IMG/VR virus record: IMGVR_UViG_3300024999_000073
Span: 1-64,000 of that record
DNA length: 64,000 nt
Reading direction: 5' to 3' (one strand)
Source of the DNA: a virus
The notes beneath the pieces were generated by a model. It had not been told where the DNA came from. It saw only the letters and a program-made list of their open reading frames with translations, and did not search any database. The position numbers and the translations under genes were made by a program. Positions within the stretch are counted from its first letter, which is position 1. Every line of letters starts with the position of its first letter. This document shows positions 48,583 through 58,779 of the stretch, one piece after another.

Positions 48583-48723
48583 ATGGGAATACCGATGTAT
48601 CCTGACGGAGAAGGCTACGAGCTATACCAGTTGAGAAAGTACAGGAAGCGTTGGTGGATCATACTCCTGATTGGTATCGTCCTTAGTATACCAATCGGCT
48701 TATTCATATTTACATTATTTTAG
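48583..48723 (+). CDS. 46-aa single-TM peptide between terS and terL (not in ORF track)
   Basis: MGIPMYP...RKRWWIILLIGIVLSIPIGLFIFTLF. Confidence 0.45.
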   Translation: MGIPMYPDGEGYELYQLRKYRKRWWIILLIGIVLSIPIGLFIFTLF

Positions 48724-48734
48724 AGGTCACGTCA

Positions 48735-50450
48735 ATGAGCAACATCGCAGTACCTGCCGATGAGCAGACCCTGACCATAGTAAGGGAGAAATTAGGATTA
48801 AGTTCTAATGATTTAGAGCAGATCATGGAACAACCCTGGTTTGGGGCTGCGGTAAAGGAAGCCTGGCGTGAGAGTCAAAAAATTGCAAAGGTGGAGAGGA
48901 TTAGTTCCAATCTCAGTAAATATATTCATAATCCTATCGGATTCTGCACAGATTATCTAGGAGTAACCTTTACCGATGACATCTTGAAACTTATCGAAGC
49001 CGTACAGAAGTCTCCAGTTGTAATCGCGAAATCCGGGAACGCCGTTGGCAAGAGCCACTCGGCAGCCAGAATAGCGGTCTGGTATTATCTTGTGCATAAG
49101 GATGCCAAAGTGTTCATGACCGCAGCGCCGCCACTAGAGAACCTGATGAAAATCTTATGGGCGCAGGTTATGGGCATCTCCCGCAGACATCCAGAGTTAT
49201 TCATAGGTCATCGTATCAGGGCTATGGACATTCGTAGACACGACGAGAGCTTTATGACCGCAGTCGCAATACCAATCACAGGCGATAGCCACGAAAGAGA
49301 AAGTAAATTTAGTGGCAAGCACTCCGGACATCTGATGTTTGTGGTAGACGAAGGCGATGCCGTCCCAGATGAGGTCTACAAAGGCATCGAAAGTTGTATG
49401 TCTGGAGGCGACACAAAACTATTGATTATGTTCAATCCCAGGGCTAAGTCTGGTGCAGTCTATATCAAAGAAACCAGTGGAGAAGCTCATATCGTCGAGA
49501 TTTCTGCCATAAATCATCCTAATGTGATTACAGGTGCAGATGTCATCCCTGGCGCTGTTAGCCGGGAAACCGTGATAAGAAGGATCAACCAGTGGTCTAG
49601 ACCACTGCACAGGGACGAAAAACCAGATGAGAACTGCTTTGAAATGCCTGAATTCCTGGTCGGGATATCGGCTGTGGGTCAGGATGGTAGAGAGTACCCG
49701 CCATTGCAAGCGGGATGGAGAAAGGTTACTCAAGCCGAGCTTTGGTATATGGTCTTTGGCAGGTATCCCGCTCAGTCCGAACAACACCTGATCTCAGAAG
49801 CCTGGATTACGTTGGCGAGAGCGAGATGGGATCAATACGTCGCCGATCACGGAGAATTGCCTCCACCTGGTAAACGTCCAATCGCTGGTTTGGATTTAGC
49901 TGAGTTCGGCGGCGATTATAACTTTCTTGCGCTGAGATATGGGGGCTGGGTGCCTAATATGGAATTCTGGGCTGGTATGGACACTGACGCCAGCGCAGAT
50001 AAAGCATTAGAGATGTGCCTGAAAAAGAACGTAGACATTTGTAACGTCGACGGCAATGGCATCGGTAGCGGAGTCGCTCCCGCTATGGCAAGAAGGAAAG
50101 GCATCGACGACGATCTTATCACAGTCGCAGTCAAAACCAGCGAGAAACCTTCGCCTATTTATAGAGTAGACGAAGGTGAGTTCGGGATTTTGAGGGATCA
50201 ACTGGCATGGAGACTCAGAGACTGGTTAAAGGATGATCCTCAGGCTATGCTGCCTCCAGATCAGATGCTATTGGAGGAGCTTAGGATAGCGAAGTACCAC
50301 CCCCAAACTAAGACCAGGAAAATCACACTCATGGATAAGGATATGATGCGTAAACTCCTAAAAAGAAGCCCGGATAGATTCGACGCACTTTGCCTTACCT
50401 TTAATTTCTATACTCGCCCTACCTGGAGCTTCGTCGACGAAACTAAGTGA
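48735..50450 (+). CDS. terL: Terminase large subunit
   Basis: KSGNAVGKS; VVDEG; FNP; GLDLA; SPDRFDAL. Confidence 0.95.
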   Translation: MSNIAVPADEQTLTIVREKLGLSSNDLEQIMEQPWFGAAVKEAWRESQKIAKVERISSNLSKYIHNPIGFCTDYLGVTFTDDILKLIEAVQKSPVVIAKSGNAVGKSHSAARIAVWYYLVHKDAKVFMTAAPPLENLMKILWAQVMGISRRHPELFIGHRIRAMDIRRHDESFMTAVAIPITGDSHERESKFSGKHSGHLMFVVDEGDAVPDEVYKGIESCMSGGDTKLLIMFNPRAKSGAVYIKETSGEAHIVEISAINHPNVITGADVIPGAVSRETVIRRINQWSRPLHRDEKPDENCFEMPEFLVGISAVGQDGREYPPLQAGWRKVTQAELWYMVFGRYPAQSEQHLISEAWITLARARWDQYVADHGELPPPGKRPIAGLDLAEFGGDYNFLALRYGGWVPNMEFWAGMDTDASADKALEMCLKKNVDICNVDGNGIGSGVAPAMARRKGIDDDLITVAVKTSEKPSPIYRVDEGEFGILRDQLAWRLRDWLKDDPQAMLPPDQMLLEELRIAKYHPQTKTRKITLMDKDMMRKLLKRSPDRFDALCLTFNFYTRPTWSFVDETK

Positions 50451-50506
50451 GATTATTATGGATGAGCGCAGCGGAATCCCAATGTCCGAGCGTAGTGAGG
50501 TGAAAT

Positions 50507-52264
50507 ATGGATGAGCGAACTGTTGCTACTATCGCCCGCAGCCGCGTTCTCAGCGTGGAAGTCACCGATAAACCTGTTGAAGGCGCCGGCAATGTCTTTC
50601 TCGTGTCATGGCTGGCTAAGGGCGAAACTACTATTCCAATGTGGTGGAGTCCGAGCCGGGATATTAGACTCAGGTGGTTCTGGAAGGAAAGCAACCACCT
50701 TTCCGGCGCCATCTATACTATGCAGTCGAAACTCACCGCTATCCCGGTTAGAGTCGAAGCCAGAAACATGGGCAGTAAACAGTCCGTCGCCGACGCCTAT
50801 TGGTACACGGATTTAATTAACAGACTCGCTGGCTATGGCCGCGGCTGGGCATCTGAATATGGTAAGTTCGTAGAAGACCTCTTGTGCACCGATAATGGCG
50901 GATTCTTGCAGGTGATCGGAGAAGGCGACGTCACCGGCCCTATCAAGGGCATGGCGATTTCATTCTCGCACCTGGATTCGTGCCGATGTCAACGTACAGG
51001 TAATGCTATCTATCCCGTGATCTATACCGACGAGCATGGAAAACGTTGGAAGTTGCACTTTACCCGTATCATGGAGTCGTCGCAGATGCCTTCAACAGCG
51101 GCAGAAATGAACGGCGTTGGTTTCTGTAGTATTTCGCGCTGCGCTCAAGTAGCACAAACTCTGATCGATATTCTCACTTATAAACAGGAGAAACTAGGGT
51201 CTAGACCCCATCGTGAGCTTATCATTACCAGGGGAGGTTTGGATCCGAAAGATATAGCAGCCGCTTTTGGCCTGGCCGAACAAAAACAGGATCAGGTAGG
51301 CTTGACCAGGTACTCGAAAATAGTAGTCGGCGGTAGCGCGGCTCTACCTGAAGCCGATATAAGAGAGGTCAAACTCTCGGAACTCCCCGATGGATTTGAT
51401 GAAGAAAGTAGCACGACTCTGGGCATGGCTGTCATCGCTATGGCCCTCGGTACCGATCCACGCGAGCTTTTCCCGGCTCTAACATCAGGAGCTACTCGCG
51501 CCGATGCTCTATTACAACATTTGAAGCAAAGAGGTAAGGGACCTGGACAGATTTTACAGGCTACTGAGGTCATGTTCAATTTCAAGTTTTTGCCCGCTCA
51601 TCTTAGATTCGCCTCTGACTTCCAGGACGATGCCCAGGATCGTCAGTCCGCGGAAATAAAGATGGTCAGGGTTAATAAGAGAGTCCAGGATTTAGCCAGC
51701 GGCGTCATGGATGATCGCGTTCAGCACGAGCAAATGCTCAACGACGGCGACATCGATCAAGCTCAATTCGATAGACTTGAGTTGTCGGATGGGCGACTCC
51801 CGGAAGGCATTCCTGTGATCGCTCTTTTCTTCTCGAAGGAGAAGAATGTCAGACAATACCTGGATATGGGTGTAGAGAACCCATTGGACGTCAATAAGAA
51901 TAATCCTGAGCTAATGCTGGCTAAGATTACAGATAAAAGACAGAGTGTGTACACCGCGCTCGCCAATACCAATAATCCAGATGAACGTTGGTTGGCTTAT
52001 AAGGCCGATTCCGCTCTCAATCAGTTGGAAGTCTTGTATCTGCCTACTCAAGTCCAGGTTGAGGAAGGAATGCCCAAGACCAGCGTGCCCGGCAAGAATG
52101 GCAATGGAACCAAACCCGCACCCCCTAATAAAGGCGATCTCAGAAGCGTAGCCGGGAGTGATTATATCGATCCCAGAAATAGGAGAGTTGATCTTACGCA
52201 ACCTTCTCATGCCGAAACTAGCTATGGTGAGGCTATGGATGCAGCCTCAGGAGGCGAGTCTTGA
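50507..52264 (+). CDS. Portal protein
   Basis: 585 aa directly after terL; HK97-like portal pattern. Confidence 0.8.
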   Translation: MDERTVATIARSRVLSVEVTDKPVEGAGNVFLVSWLAKGETTIPMWWSPSRDIRLRWFWKESNHLSGAIYTMQSKLTAIPVRVEARNMGSKQSVADAYWYTDLINRLAGYGRGWASEYGKFVEDLLCTDNGGFLQVIGEGDVTGPIKGMAISFSHLDSCRCQRTGNAIYPVIYTDEHGKRWKLHFTRIMESSQMPSTAAEMNGVGFCSISRCAQVAQTLIDILTYKQEKLGSRPHRELIITRGGLDPKDIAAAFGLAEQKQDQVGLTRYSKIVVGGSAALPEADIREVKLSELPDGFDEESSTTLGMAVIAMALGTDPRELFPALTSGATRADALLQHLKQRGKGPGQILQATEVMFNFKFLPAHLRFASDFQDDAQDRQSAEIKMVRVNKRVQDLASGVMDDRVQHEQMLNDGDIDQAQFDRLELSDGRLPEGIPVIALFFSKEKNVRQYLDMGVENPLDVNKNNPELMLAKITDKRQSVYTALANTNNPDERWLAYKADSALNQLEVLYLPTQVQVEEGMPKTSVPGKNGNGTKPAPPNKGDLRSVAGSDYIDPRNRRVDLTQPSHAETSYGEAMDAASGGES

Positions 52265-52279
52265 AGGTAACACAAATGC

Positions 52280-52372
52280 AACCACGGATTTCACGAATTA
52301 CACAGATTTCTTTATTATAAAAACAAATCCGTGAAATCTGTGAAAGTCGAGCAAAGCTCGACAATCCGTGGT
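52280..52372. repeat. REP/MITE-like imperfect inverted repeat
   Basis: AACCACGGATTTCACGAATTACACAGATTT ... AAATCCGTGAAATCTGTGAA ... AATCCGTGGTT; partial copies near 44156 and 53799. Confidence 0.6.
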
Positions 52373-52391
52373 TGTTCTTTAGGAGATTGCT

Positions 52392-52712
52392 ATGATTAAG
52401 GAAATGGGCTTGCCCAGAGGCACGAAGGGCGAAAAGCGCCCACGAATAAAAGAAAAGAAAGATAAATCAGGCGTCATCGCAAAGATCATAAAAGCGATCA
52501 CTCCTAGAACTGAGTATGATTACGCATACGCTTATTGCGAAGCCTGGAAGTGGCACATATTCTGGTGCAATGCTTATCTGTCTTATCTTATACAACGTAG
52601 TAAAATCACCGCAGAAGAAGCCGAAGATATTGCCCAAAAAGTCGGTATAATCAGGAGCAAAGACAGTTACGATGTGGTCTACAGGAAAGCAAGCGATGCT
52701 GTCAAAAATTGA
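52392..52712 (+). CDS. Hypothetical protein
   Basis: 106 aa; RBS AGGAG. Confidence 0.5.
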   Translation: MIKEMGLPRGTKGEKRPRIKEKKDKSGVIAKIIKAITPRTEYDYAYAYCEAWKWHIFWCNAYLSYLIQRSKITAEEAEDIAQKVGIIRSKDSYDVVYRKASDAVKN

Positions 52713-53313
52713 CATGGATTTCAAACAGGGATATGAGGCTGATTTCGGCGTCAATGTCCGCAACTGCGTGCGCAGCCTTTGGGCTGAGCTTTCGGATTCG
52801 TTCACGTTTGTAAATGATATGGCCGGTATCATTCGCAGAGGCTATGTCAATGCCTGGCGTGAAGGCGCGACCGCCTGCGGCATCCAACAATCCGAGTTTA
52901 CCGACGAAGAACGCTTTGCCATCGAAGATGCTATCAATAGCGAACTCGTGTATCTGCCCGGTTTCGCCAGCGACGTTGCCAAAGGCACGAAATCAAGTGG
53001 CGCTAAACTAGGTCACTGGCTTAGACGCGCTGAGATGTGGACTAATAGATACTCTGCGATCAAAAGCCAGGCTATGACAATGGCCTGTAAGGATCGCAAG
53101 CTGATGTGGTCTATAGACTCCGTAGGCTGTATCGAGCATTGTCGAGATTGCCTGCGACTCAATAACAGAGTCTATCGAGCTAGTACATGGAGGCGTTATA
53201 ATATTTTCCCGAGAATGTGGGCGCTTGCCTGCAAAGGCCGAAATTGCTGCTGCAGTTTTTCGCCTACCACCGCACCCGCGACCAAAGGCCGCCCTCCGAG
53301 TATAGGCAGGTGA
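52696..53313 (+). CDS. Head morphogenesis/minor capsid (Mu F-like) protein
   Basis: RAEMW; EHCRDC; C...NCCC.F C-terminal Cys motif; follows portal. Confidence 0.65.
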   Translation: MLSKIDMDFKQGYEADFGVNVRNCVRSLWAELSDSFTFVNDMAGIIRRGYVNAWREGATACGIQQSEFTDEERFAIEDAINSELVYLPGFASDVAKGTKSSGAKLGHWLRRAEMWTNRYSAIKSQAMTMACKDRKLMWSIDSVGCIEHCRDCLRLNNRVYRASTWRRYNIFPRMWALACKGRNCCCSFSPTTAPATKGRPPSIGR

Positions 53314-53316
53314 AAC

Positions 53317-53799
53317 GTGGCAAGACATATCACCGCCGCCGAAGCTGACCGCATCCTTAGAAAAGTTCTCAAGGATGTGGCGAAGTTGGCTAAGAAAAGA
53401 ATGCTACAACCAACATCCACCTGGAAACATAGCGTTGATTTCAATGTCTCAGAGCCAGCGGTTGTCGCCGGTGATTTGAAAACCGAGGTTATTACTCATG
53501 ATCCCCCTTATTATTTTCTAGACGAAGGCACAAAGACTCCTCGTCATGCTGCAATGACAGAAGACTTCTCACCTAAAACTAGCGTAAGATCGTTCAAGGC
53601 AAGTGCGGGATCGGGAGGTCTTTTATTCGTTCATAGGAAAATTCAAAAACCTGGCATCGAAGCTCGTAAATGGACGGAGATGACTGCTCTTGAGTATGGC
53701 CCGATCCTGCAATCGGCTATAGATCAGGCTATCGCCGGTATCGCCCATAAAGGGCTGTTTGGCCTCGCCAGGCAACGCCGTGGTGTTATTGGTGAATAA
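53317..53799 (+). CDS. HK97 gp10-like virion morphogenesis protein
   Basis: YYFLDEGT...PGIEAR. Confidence 0.55.
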   Translation: MARHITAAEADRILRKVLKDVAKLAKKRMLQPTSTWKHSVDFNVSEPAVVAGDLKTEVITHDPPYYFLDEGTKTPRHAAMTEDFSPKTSVRSFKASAGSGGLLFVHRKIQKPGIEARKWTEMTALEYGPILQSAIDQAIAGIAHKGLFGLARQRRGVIGE

Positions 53800-53925
53800 A
53801 AATCTGTGAAATCGTGGTTAAAACCCGTGAATGTTCGCAGATTTCACTCTTGTCGCTTGCGCTTTTAGACTATTCTTGTTACAATCATACACAGACGTGG
53901 CGCGCCCACGGAAAGGTTGACTCCT

Positions 53926-55608
53926 ATGCCTTATAGAATGCGTAAGCAAGGCGATAAGAAATACTGCATCTTCAACTCAGAGACAGGGGAAAATAAGGGT
54001 TGTAGCGACACCGAGAAGATGGCCGCCGCTCACATGCGTGCTCTTTACTCTCATAGTGACGATAAGAAAGAGCTTGCGGAGATCGAAACTGAGTTCCTTT
54101 CTGCTATCGCAGACTATGAAAAGGAGTCTGAAACTCCTTTCGATCCTGTAGTTCTCAAAGAAATCATCGACGCCAGTCCCGAAGACCTGGAGAAGATGTC
54201 TCTTTTAGCTGACGCTTATATACCCTGGGCCCCGGCTAAGTCCTACTCTGAACTTGAGGAACAGGAGTCAGCTAGAGAACGTCTCTCTAAAGCCCTTAAA
54301 CTCATTGCCCAGTTTCCTGATATGGCCCGCGAGCTTATTTTTGATCCCGAAACCCCGCAGAAGGCCGCCGCTATCGAAGACCTGGCCTCCCAACTCGCAG
54401 ACCGTCTGGATAAACTCGAAACTCAACCAGCCGCTATAGAAGAGGATGGTTATGGGGAAAACAAGGAAACTCCGAGAAAGAAACACAAATCCATCCAAGA
54501 GAATCTCGAAGAAGCTGTTATTGCTGTTTTGAAATCCGTGGGGTTGTACAAAGAAGCCCCTGCAGATGGCCTGATGGTCTGGAAAGATACAGACTCCGGC
54601 CAATATCGTTGGTTCGCCCGCTATTCAACTAATTTTCGCGACAACGATAACCCTCCTGAGATTATTTCCGAACAGAGTCATCGCCTGTTCGTAGATAAAG
54701 TTGAAAAGGGACTCGCTCCCTTCCCCGAACTGTGGATTTGGCATGGTAAGTCACTTCGCATTGGCCGCTCTGCCTGGGTCGGTTATGACGACGCTGGTTT
54801 TGCTATGTCCGCAGGAGCTTTCCTTCCGGGTTGCGAGGATGCCGCCGATTTCCTGGCGCATCAAAAGGATGTCGCTCTCAGTCATGGGATGCCCGTATCT
54901 ACGATTAGGAGAGACCCATCCGATCCTACCATCATCATCGAGCACGAGACCAGGGAAATAAGCGTACTTCCGCGTTACGCTGCGGCCAATAAGCTCACAA
55001 GTTTTCACGCCTTGAAAGAGGAGGCAAACATGGCAATTCCTACTGAGCAAAGAAAAAAGCTAATCAACTGGGGTCTTCCTGAGGATGTGATCGCGAAGGT
55101 CGAAGGTGTTAATCTCACCATCGCCGACAAGGCTGTCGAAGCTGGCGTCGAGCATAAAGAGAATAAGGACGCTGTTCCTCCAGACGCTGTCGCTGCACCC
55201 GTGGTTACAGAGACTATCGAAACTACGGGGTCTATAGACCACATCATTCCTGAGGCTGAGACTGTCCCCGATGAACTTCCGCCTTCTCGCAGGGAAGTCG
55301 CTGAAACTCTGGCGACTATCCTGACCGAGCAGACGAAAGTAATCGAGGCTCTGGCTATTCAAACCAAAGAGATGAATGCGCGTGTTGAGGCCCTGGAGAT
55401 CTCCAATAAGGAGGCTGCGAGCAATCGCTTTACTCCATTGGCGTCTATTATGACCTCGCTCGGCCTGGATAAGCAATCTCCAATCGGCGCGGCTGGTGCA
55501 GAAGTAAAACCTGACGACCCACTCGCAAATCAGAAACCGAAGGAAGCCGCAGATGGGAACGCCGGTAAAATCGGCATCCCATTCATTGACCAAATGTTGG
55601 TGGGGTAG
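53926..55608 (+). CDS. Prohead protease/scaffold fusion
   Basis: Precedes capsid gene; LWIWH, LSHG and EISVLP..AAN protease-like motifs; acidic coiled-coil tail. Confidence 0.7.
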   Translation: MPYRMRKQGDKKYCIFNSETGENKGCSDTEKMAAAHMRALYSHSDDKKELAEIETEFLSAIADYEKESETPFDPVVLKEIIDASPEDLEKMSLLADAYIPWAPAKSYSELEEQESARERLSKALKLIAQFPDMARELIFDPETPQKAAAIEDLASQLADRLDKLETQPAAIEEDGYGENKETPRKKHKSIQENLEEAVIAVLKSVGLYKEAPADGLMVWKDTDSGQYRWFARYSTNFRDNDNPPEIISEQSHRLFVDKVEKGLAPFPELWIWHGKSLRIGRSAWVGYDDAGFAMSAGAFLPGCEDAADFLAHQKDVALSHGMPVSTIRRDPSDPTIIIEHETREISVLPRYAAANKLTSFHALKEEANMAIPTEQRKKLINWGLPEDVIAKVEGVNLTIADKAVEAGVEHKENKDAVPPDAVAAPVVTETIETTGSIDHIIPEAETVPDELPPSRREVAETLATILTEQTKVIEALAIQTKEMNARVEALEISNKEAASNRFTPLASIMTSLGLDKQSPIGAAGAEVKPDDPLANQKPKEAADGNAGKIGIPFIDQMLVG

Positions 55609-55642
55609 TAATACGCTCGTACCAACAGAAGGAAGGTTTTAC

Positions 55643-57091
55643 ATGGACGAACAATTGCTTCAAGTTCTGCAAAATCAACAGGCTTTGCTTGAGGCCCTGG
55701 CGGAGAAGTCGGCTGGCGTCCAGTTGAATGCCGGTTATCACCAGAAAGTCCCGGCTCAATTCCGCACGGCCAACCCTCTCCACGGTAGCAGCGGTCTGTT
55801 CAGCACTCCTGGCCTGGAGCGCGATATCATCACCGCCCATATCCGCCCCTACGGTATTGGCGCCAGTCTGCCTTTGATCCCCAGTGTCTACCAAGACCCT
55901 CGCTTTGGCAGTATCACTGGCTTTACCGCACCCGTTGGCAATCAACCTGTTCATGCCTGCGACGACGCCCCCTATGCTTACATGAAAGGGTGTAATCTCA
56001 CCGCGCGCTTTGGCCGCATCCGCTATGACACTAACACTATCGACATCAACGAAGTCATGCTGAAATTGCACCGCGGCGATTTCACCGATCTGCGCTTGCG
56101 CGGGCAACTCCTGGGTATGACTGACATCGGCCCCAAAAATATCGATCAGGGCCAGGTTCTCAATGTGATGACCGCCGCAGAAATGGTGACGGTTGGCGTA
56201 TTGTTCGAACGCGAACTCAGCCGCCAAATCTGGCAGGGGTCTTTCTTGATCGCCAATGAGTTCCCCGGCCTCGACGTTCAAATCGCAACCGGCCAGCGCG
56301 ATGCCGACACTAACGCGCTTTGCACCGCTCTCGATTCTGACGTCAAGAACTTCAACTACCGCATGATCGAGACTAACTGCAATCTCATGGTCACGTATCT
56401 GAGTATGCTCGAAGCCTATCTGCATACCAACGCCGAACGCATGGGTCTCATGCCCGTGCAGTGGATCATAGCCATACGCCCCGAACTCTGGGAGCAACTC
56501 ACGGCTTGCTGGCCGTGCGCTTATAACACCAATAAGTGCGCGAGTCAGTCTGAAACTGGCGCTACGACTGTGATCGATGGCCGTGAGATGGTAACTTTAC
56601 GCGATGCTATGCGTAATGGCCTGTTCATCGACATCAATGGCCGCCGCTATCCTGTGATAAAGGATGTGGGCATCTTCGAGCACAATAACGTCAATAACGA
56701 ACACTTGCTCCCCGGCCAGTACGCATCCTCGATCTATATGGTCCCGCTCACTATCATCGGCGGAATGCAGGTGGCGTACCGCGAGCACGTGGACTACCGC
56801 GAAGCTCAGCCCGATATCGCATTCATGCGCGGTATGGAAGGTTTCTGGACTGACGGCGGCGCCTATAACTGGGCGCTTGAGCAGATCAAGTGGTGCTATA
56901 AGTTCGCCGCTAAGACTGAACAACGTGTGGTCTTGCGCACCCCGCAACTCGCGGGCCGCATCGACGCCGTTGGCTATCAGCCGCTGCAGCACTTCCGCGA
57001 CAGCGATCCCACCTCAGCTTACCACTTCGATGGAGGCGTAAGTGTACGACCTGGTATGAGTACACCATACGCTATCTGGTCTGGGAGGTAA
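55643..57091 (+). CDS. Major capsid protein
   Basis: After scaffold; highly biased codons; IWQG...EFPGLD; followed by terminator. Confidence 0.8.
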   Translation: MDEQLLQVLQNQQALLEALAEKSAGVQLNAGYHQKVPAQFRTANPLHGSSGLFSTPGLERDIITAHIRPYGIGASLPLIPSVYQDPRFGSITGFTAPVGNQPVHACDDAPYAYMKGCNLTARFGRIRYDTNTIDINEVMLKLHRGDFTDLRLRGQLLGMTDIGPKNIDQGQVLNVMTAAEMVTVGVLFERELSRQIWQGSFLIANEFPGLDVQIATGQRDADTNALCTALDSDVKNFNYRMIETNCNLMVTYLSMLEAYLHTNAERMGLMPVQWIIAIRPELWEQLTACWPCAYNTNKCASQSETGATTVIDGREMVTLRDAMRNGLFIDINGRRYPVIKDVGIFEHNNVNNEHLLPGQYASSIYMVPLTIIGGMQVAYREHVDYREAQPDIAFMRGMEGFWTDGGAYNWALEQIKWCYKFAAKTEQRVVLRTPQLAGRIDAVGYQPLQHFRDSDPTSAYHFDGGVSVRPGMSTPYAIWSGR

Positions 57092-57140
57092 TTTACTCAA
57101 ATAGTCCGATTTACACTGTAATAGTAATGACGACTGCAAT

Positions 57141-57236
57141 AAAGAGGGCCTGGAAAACCAGGCCCTCTTTTTCTGTTATTCTATTTCTATCACAGATCAG
57201 TTCTAAAAGAGCCTGGATTTCTCCAGGCTCTTTTTA
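57141..57236. terminator. Two tandem related terminator hairpins between convergent operons
   Basis: AAAGAGGGCCTGG-AAAA-CCAGGCCCTCTTTTTT and AAAAGAGCCTGGA-TTTC-TCCAGGCTCTTTTT. Confidence 0.85.
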
Positions 57237-57446
57237 TTCTGCGAATGTTCCCGCTATACTTGCAAAGAACAAAAAAATCGCTACGCCGCCTAAACCGAAA
57301 CACACGCTTGCGCCCACGATCAGCAATATCCCAGGTATCTTGTCTCGAAAACGGCATAAGTGTTCGAGTTCGTGTCTCCCAAAAAGCCATAGAGAAAATC
57401 CATTGACTAGTAACGCTAACCCAGAAAACAAGAATGCTATTATCAT
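57234..57446 (-). CDS. Small 2-TM protein
   Basis: Hydrophobic; RBS GGAGG. Confidence 0.5.
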   Translation of the reverse strand: MIIAFLFSGLALLVNGFSLWLFGRHELEHLCRFRDKIPGILLIVGASVCFGLGGVAIFLFFASIAGTFAE

Positions 57447-57733
57447 TGCGCCTCCATATTCGGGTACGCTCTCACCAGCTTGCGTGCCTTTTTCATAACC
57501 TCCGCGCCGAATGGCCCGTTCTCGTCGTCGCTAGCTTTGGTGGTGAACGCAAAGAAGATCAGACATGATAGGCAACTACAACTATATAAGTGATCGGCGG
57601 CGGTGAATGTTGCGTCTCTGAGAAGTTGACTGGAAGATATACCGTTTTTACGACAAGTCTTTAGTAAGCCTTCCAGTTCCTCGATGTATTCACGTGTCCA
57701 ACCAGAGTTAGACGGAGGGGTTATTGAGAACAT
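57443..57733 (-). CDS. Hypothetical protein
   Basis: Start MFSIT with RBS GAGGAGG. Confidence 0.5.
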   Translation of the reverse strand: MFSITPPSNSGWTREYIEELEGLLKTCRKNGISSSQLLRDATFTAADHLYSCSCLSCLIFFAFTTKASDDENGPFGAEVMKKARKLVRAYPNMEAQ

Positions 57734-58301
57734 TTTTGACCTCCTCTGACTTCGGTTCGAACTCCGTGGCCTTCTTGTAGGGCAGGAACGGGTCCTTGTC
57801 CTCATAGTTCATCGGCATGATGAGCGCAAAGCAGCGCGCTCCCGGAATTCCACCACCAGCATCGATGCGCCCAACGATCTCTATAGGGGATTCTTTTGTG
57901 AAAACCCTCAGCAACACTGGGCCTGTCATGCCAGATATGGTCTCCCTGAGAAACTTGACGTCCACGGCGACGACGATCGGTTCTTCTTTCCGCTGCGCTA
58001 TCCTGGCAATGTTCGGGTATTCCATACTATACATGCTGTAATCATAGGTCTCCAAGTACCTGCCTATGCAAAGAACCCTTTGTGTACCGTTCTGGAGAAG
58101 CGATGGGGGTAGTAATGCCTTCGTCTCGACAGCGTGGACGAAAAATCCATTCGTTGACTCTGCGATACCTTTCTCGCAATTTATGTTCACGCATTCCAAA
58201 CGTGGACGGTAATGATCTTTTGATGTTGCTTTCAATAGCCAGCGCATAATACGCGCCGCTACCGGACTTAGCTTTACAATACTCTTGAGTTCGTGTTCCA
58301 T
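57708..58301 (-). CDS. Short DNA Pol III beta-clamp-like protein
   Basis: ATSKD..RP.L; STNG; YPN; VDVKFL; FALIMPM. Confidence 0.55.
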   Translation of the reverse strand: MEHELKSIVKLSPVAARIMRWLLKATSKDHYRPRLECVNINCEKGIAESTNGFFVHAVETKALLPPSLLQNGTQRVLCIGRYLETYDYSMYSMEYPNIARIAQRKEEPIVVAVDVKFLRETISGMTGPVLLRVFTKESPIEIVGRIDAGGGIPGARCFALIMPMNYEDKDPFLPYKKATEFEPKSEEVKNVLNNPSV

Positions 58302-58337
58302 TTTTGTTTGCCTCTTATCTTGCGAATGTTCCCGCAT

Positions 58338-58778
58338 TTAGTGGATTGGTTCGTACCTGCACCAGATTACATCTGGGCATAATTTCTCTATGATCGGGTG
58401 CAGCACTTCCCAATTGCCGCCGCCTAATCCACAACCGATTTTCCACGGCGCGTAGACCTCAAGCTCGCTTATCATGGCATATTCCGCAACTTTCGGCCAC
58501 ACCATCTTGTGAGCCTGGTAGTTTGTGTATCTGCGTTGCCATCCAACGTCGCGCTGGCAAAACAGATTTGCTACTACAATCGATGGAAATATCTGAACAA
58601 ATTGCACATCTCCGAGATGAAACGTCCCAAAATACTCCTGATATGCCCAGTACACAGAAGGCCATTTATTCTTGATTTGCAAGGCTAGACCAGCACCCAT
58701 TACCCCATCCATGTTTACCTGGTGCGCGATCAAGCCAATTTCTATGGTGAGAATGTCTTTCTTGATTACTTGTGCCAT
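58338..58778 (-). CDS. Macrodomain (ADP-ribose) protein
   Basis: IAHQVN..GVMGAGLALQIK..WP; PWKIGCGLGGGNW. Confidence 0.9.
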   Translation of the reverse strand: MAQVIKKDILTIEIGLIAHQVNMDGVMGAGLALQIKNKWPSVYWAYQEYFGTFHLGDVQFVQIFPSIVVANLFCQRDVGWQRRYTNYQAHKMVWPKVAEYAMISELEVYAPWKIGCGLGGGNWEVLHPIIEKLCPDVIWCRYEPIH

Positions 58779-58779
58779 A

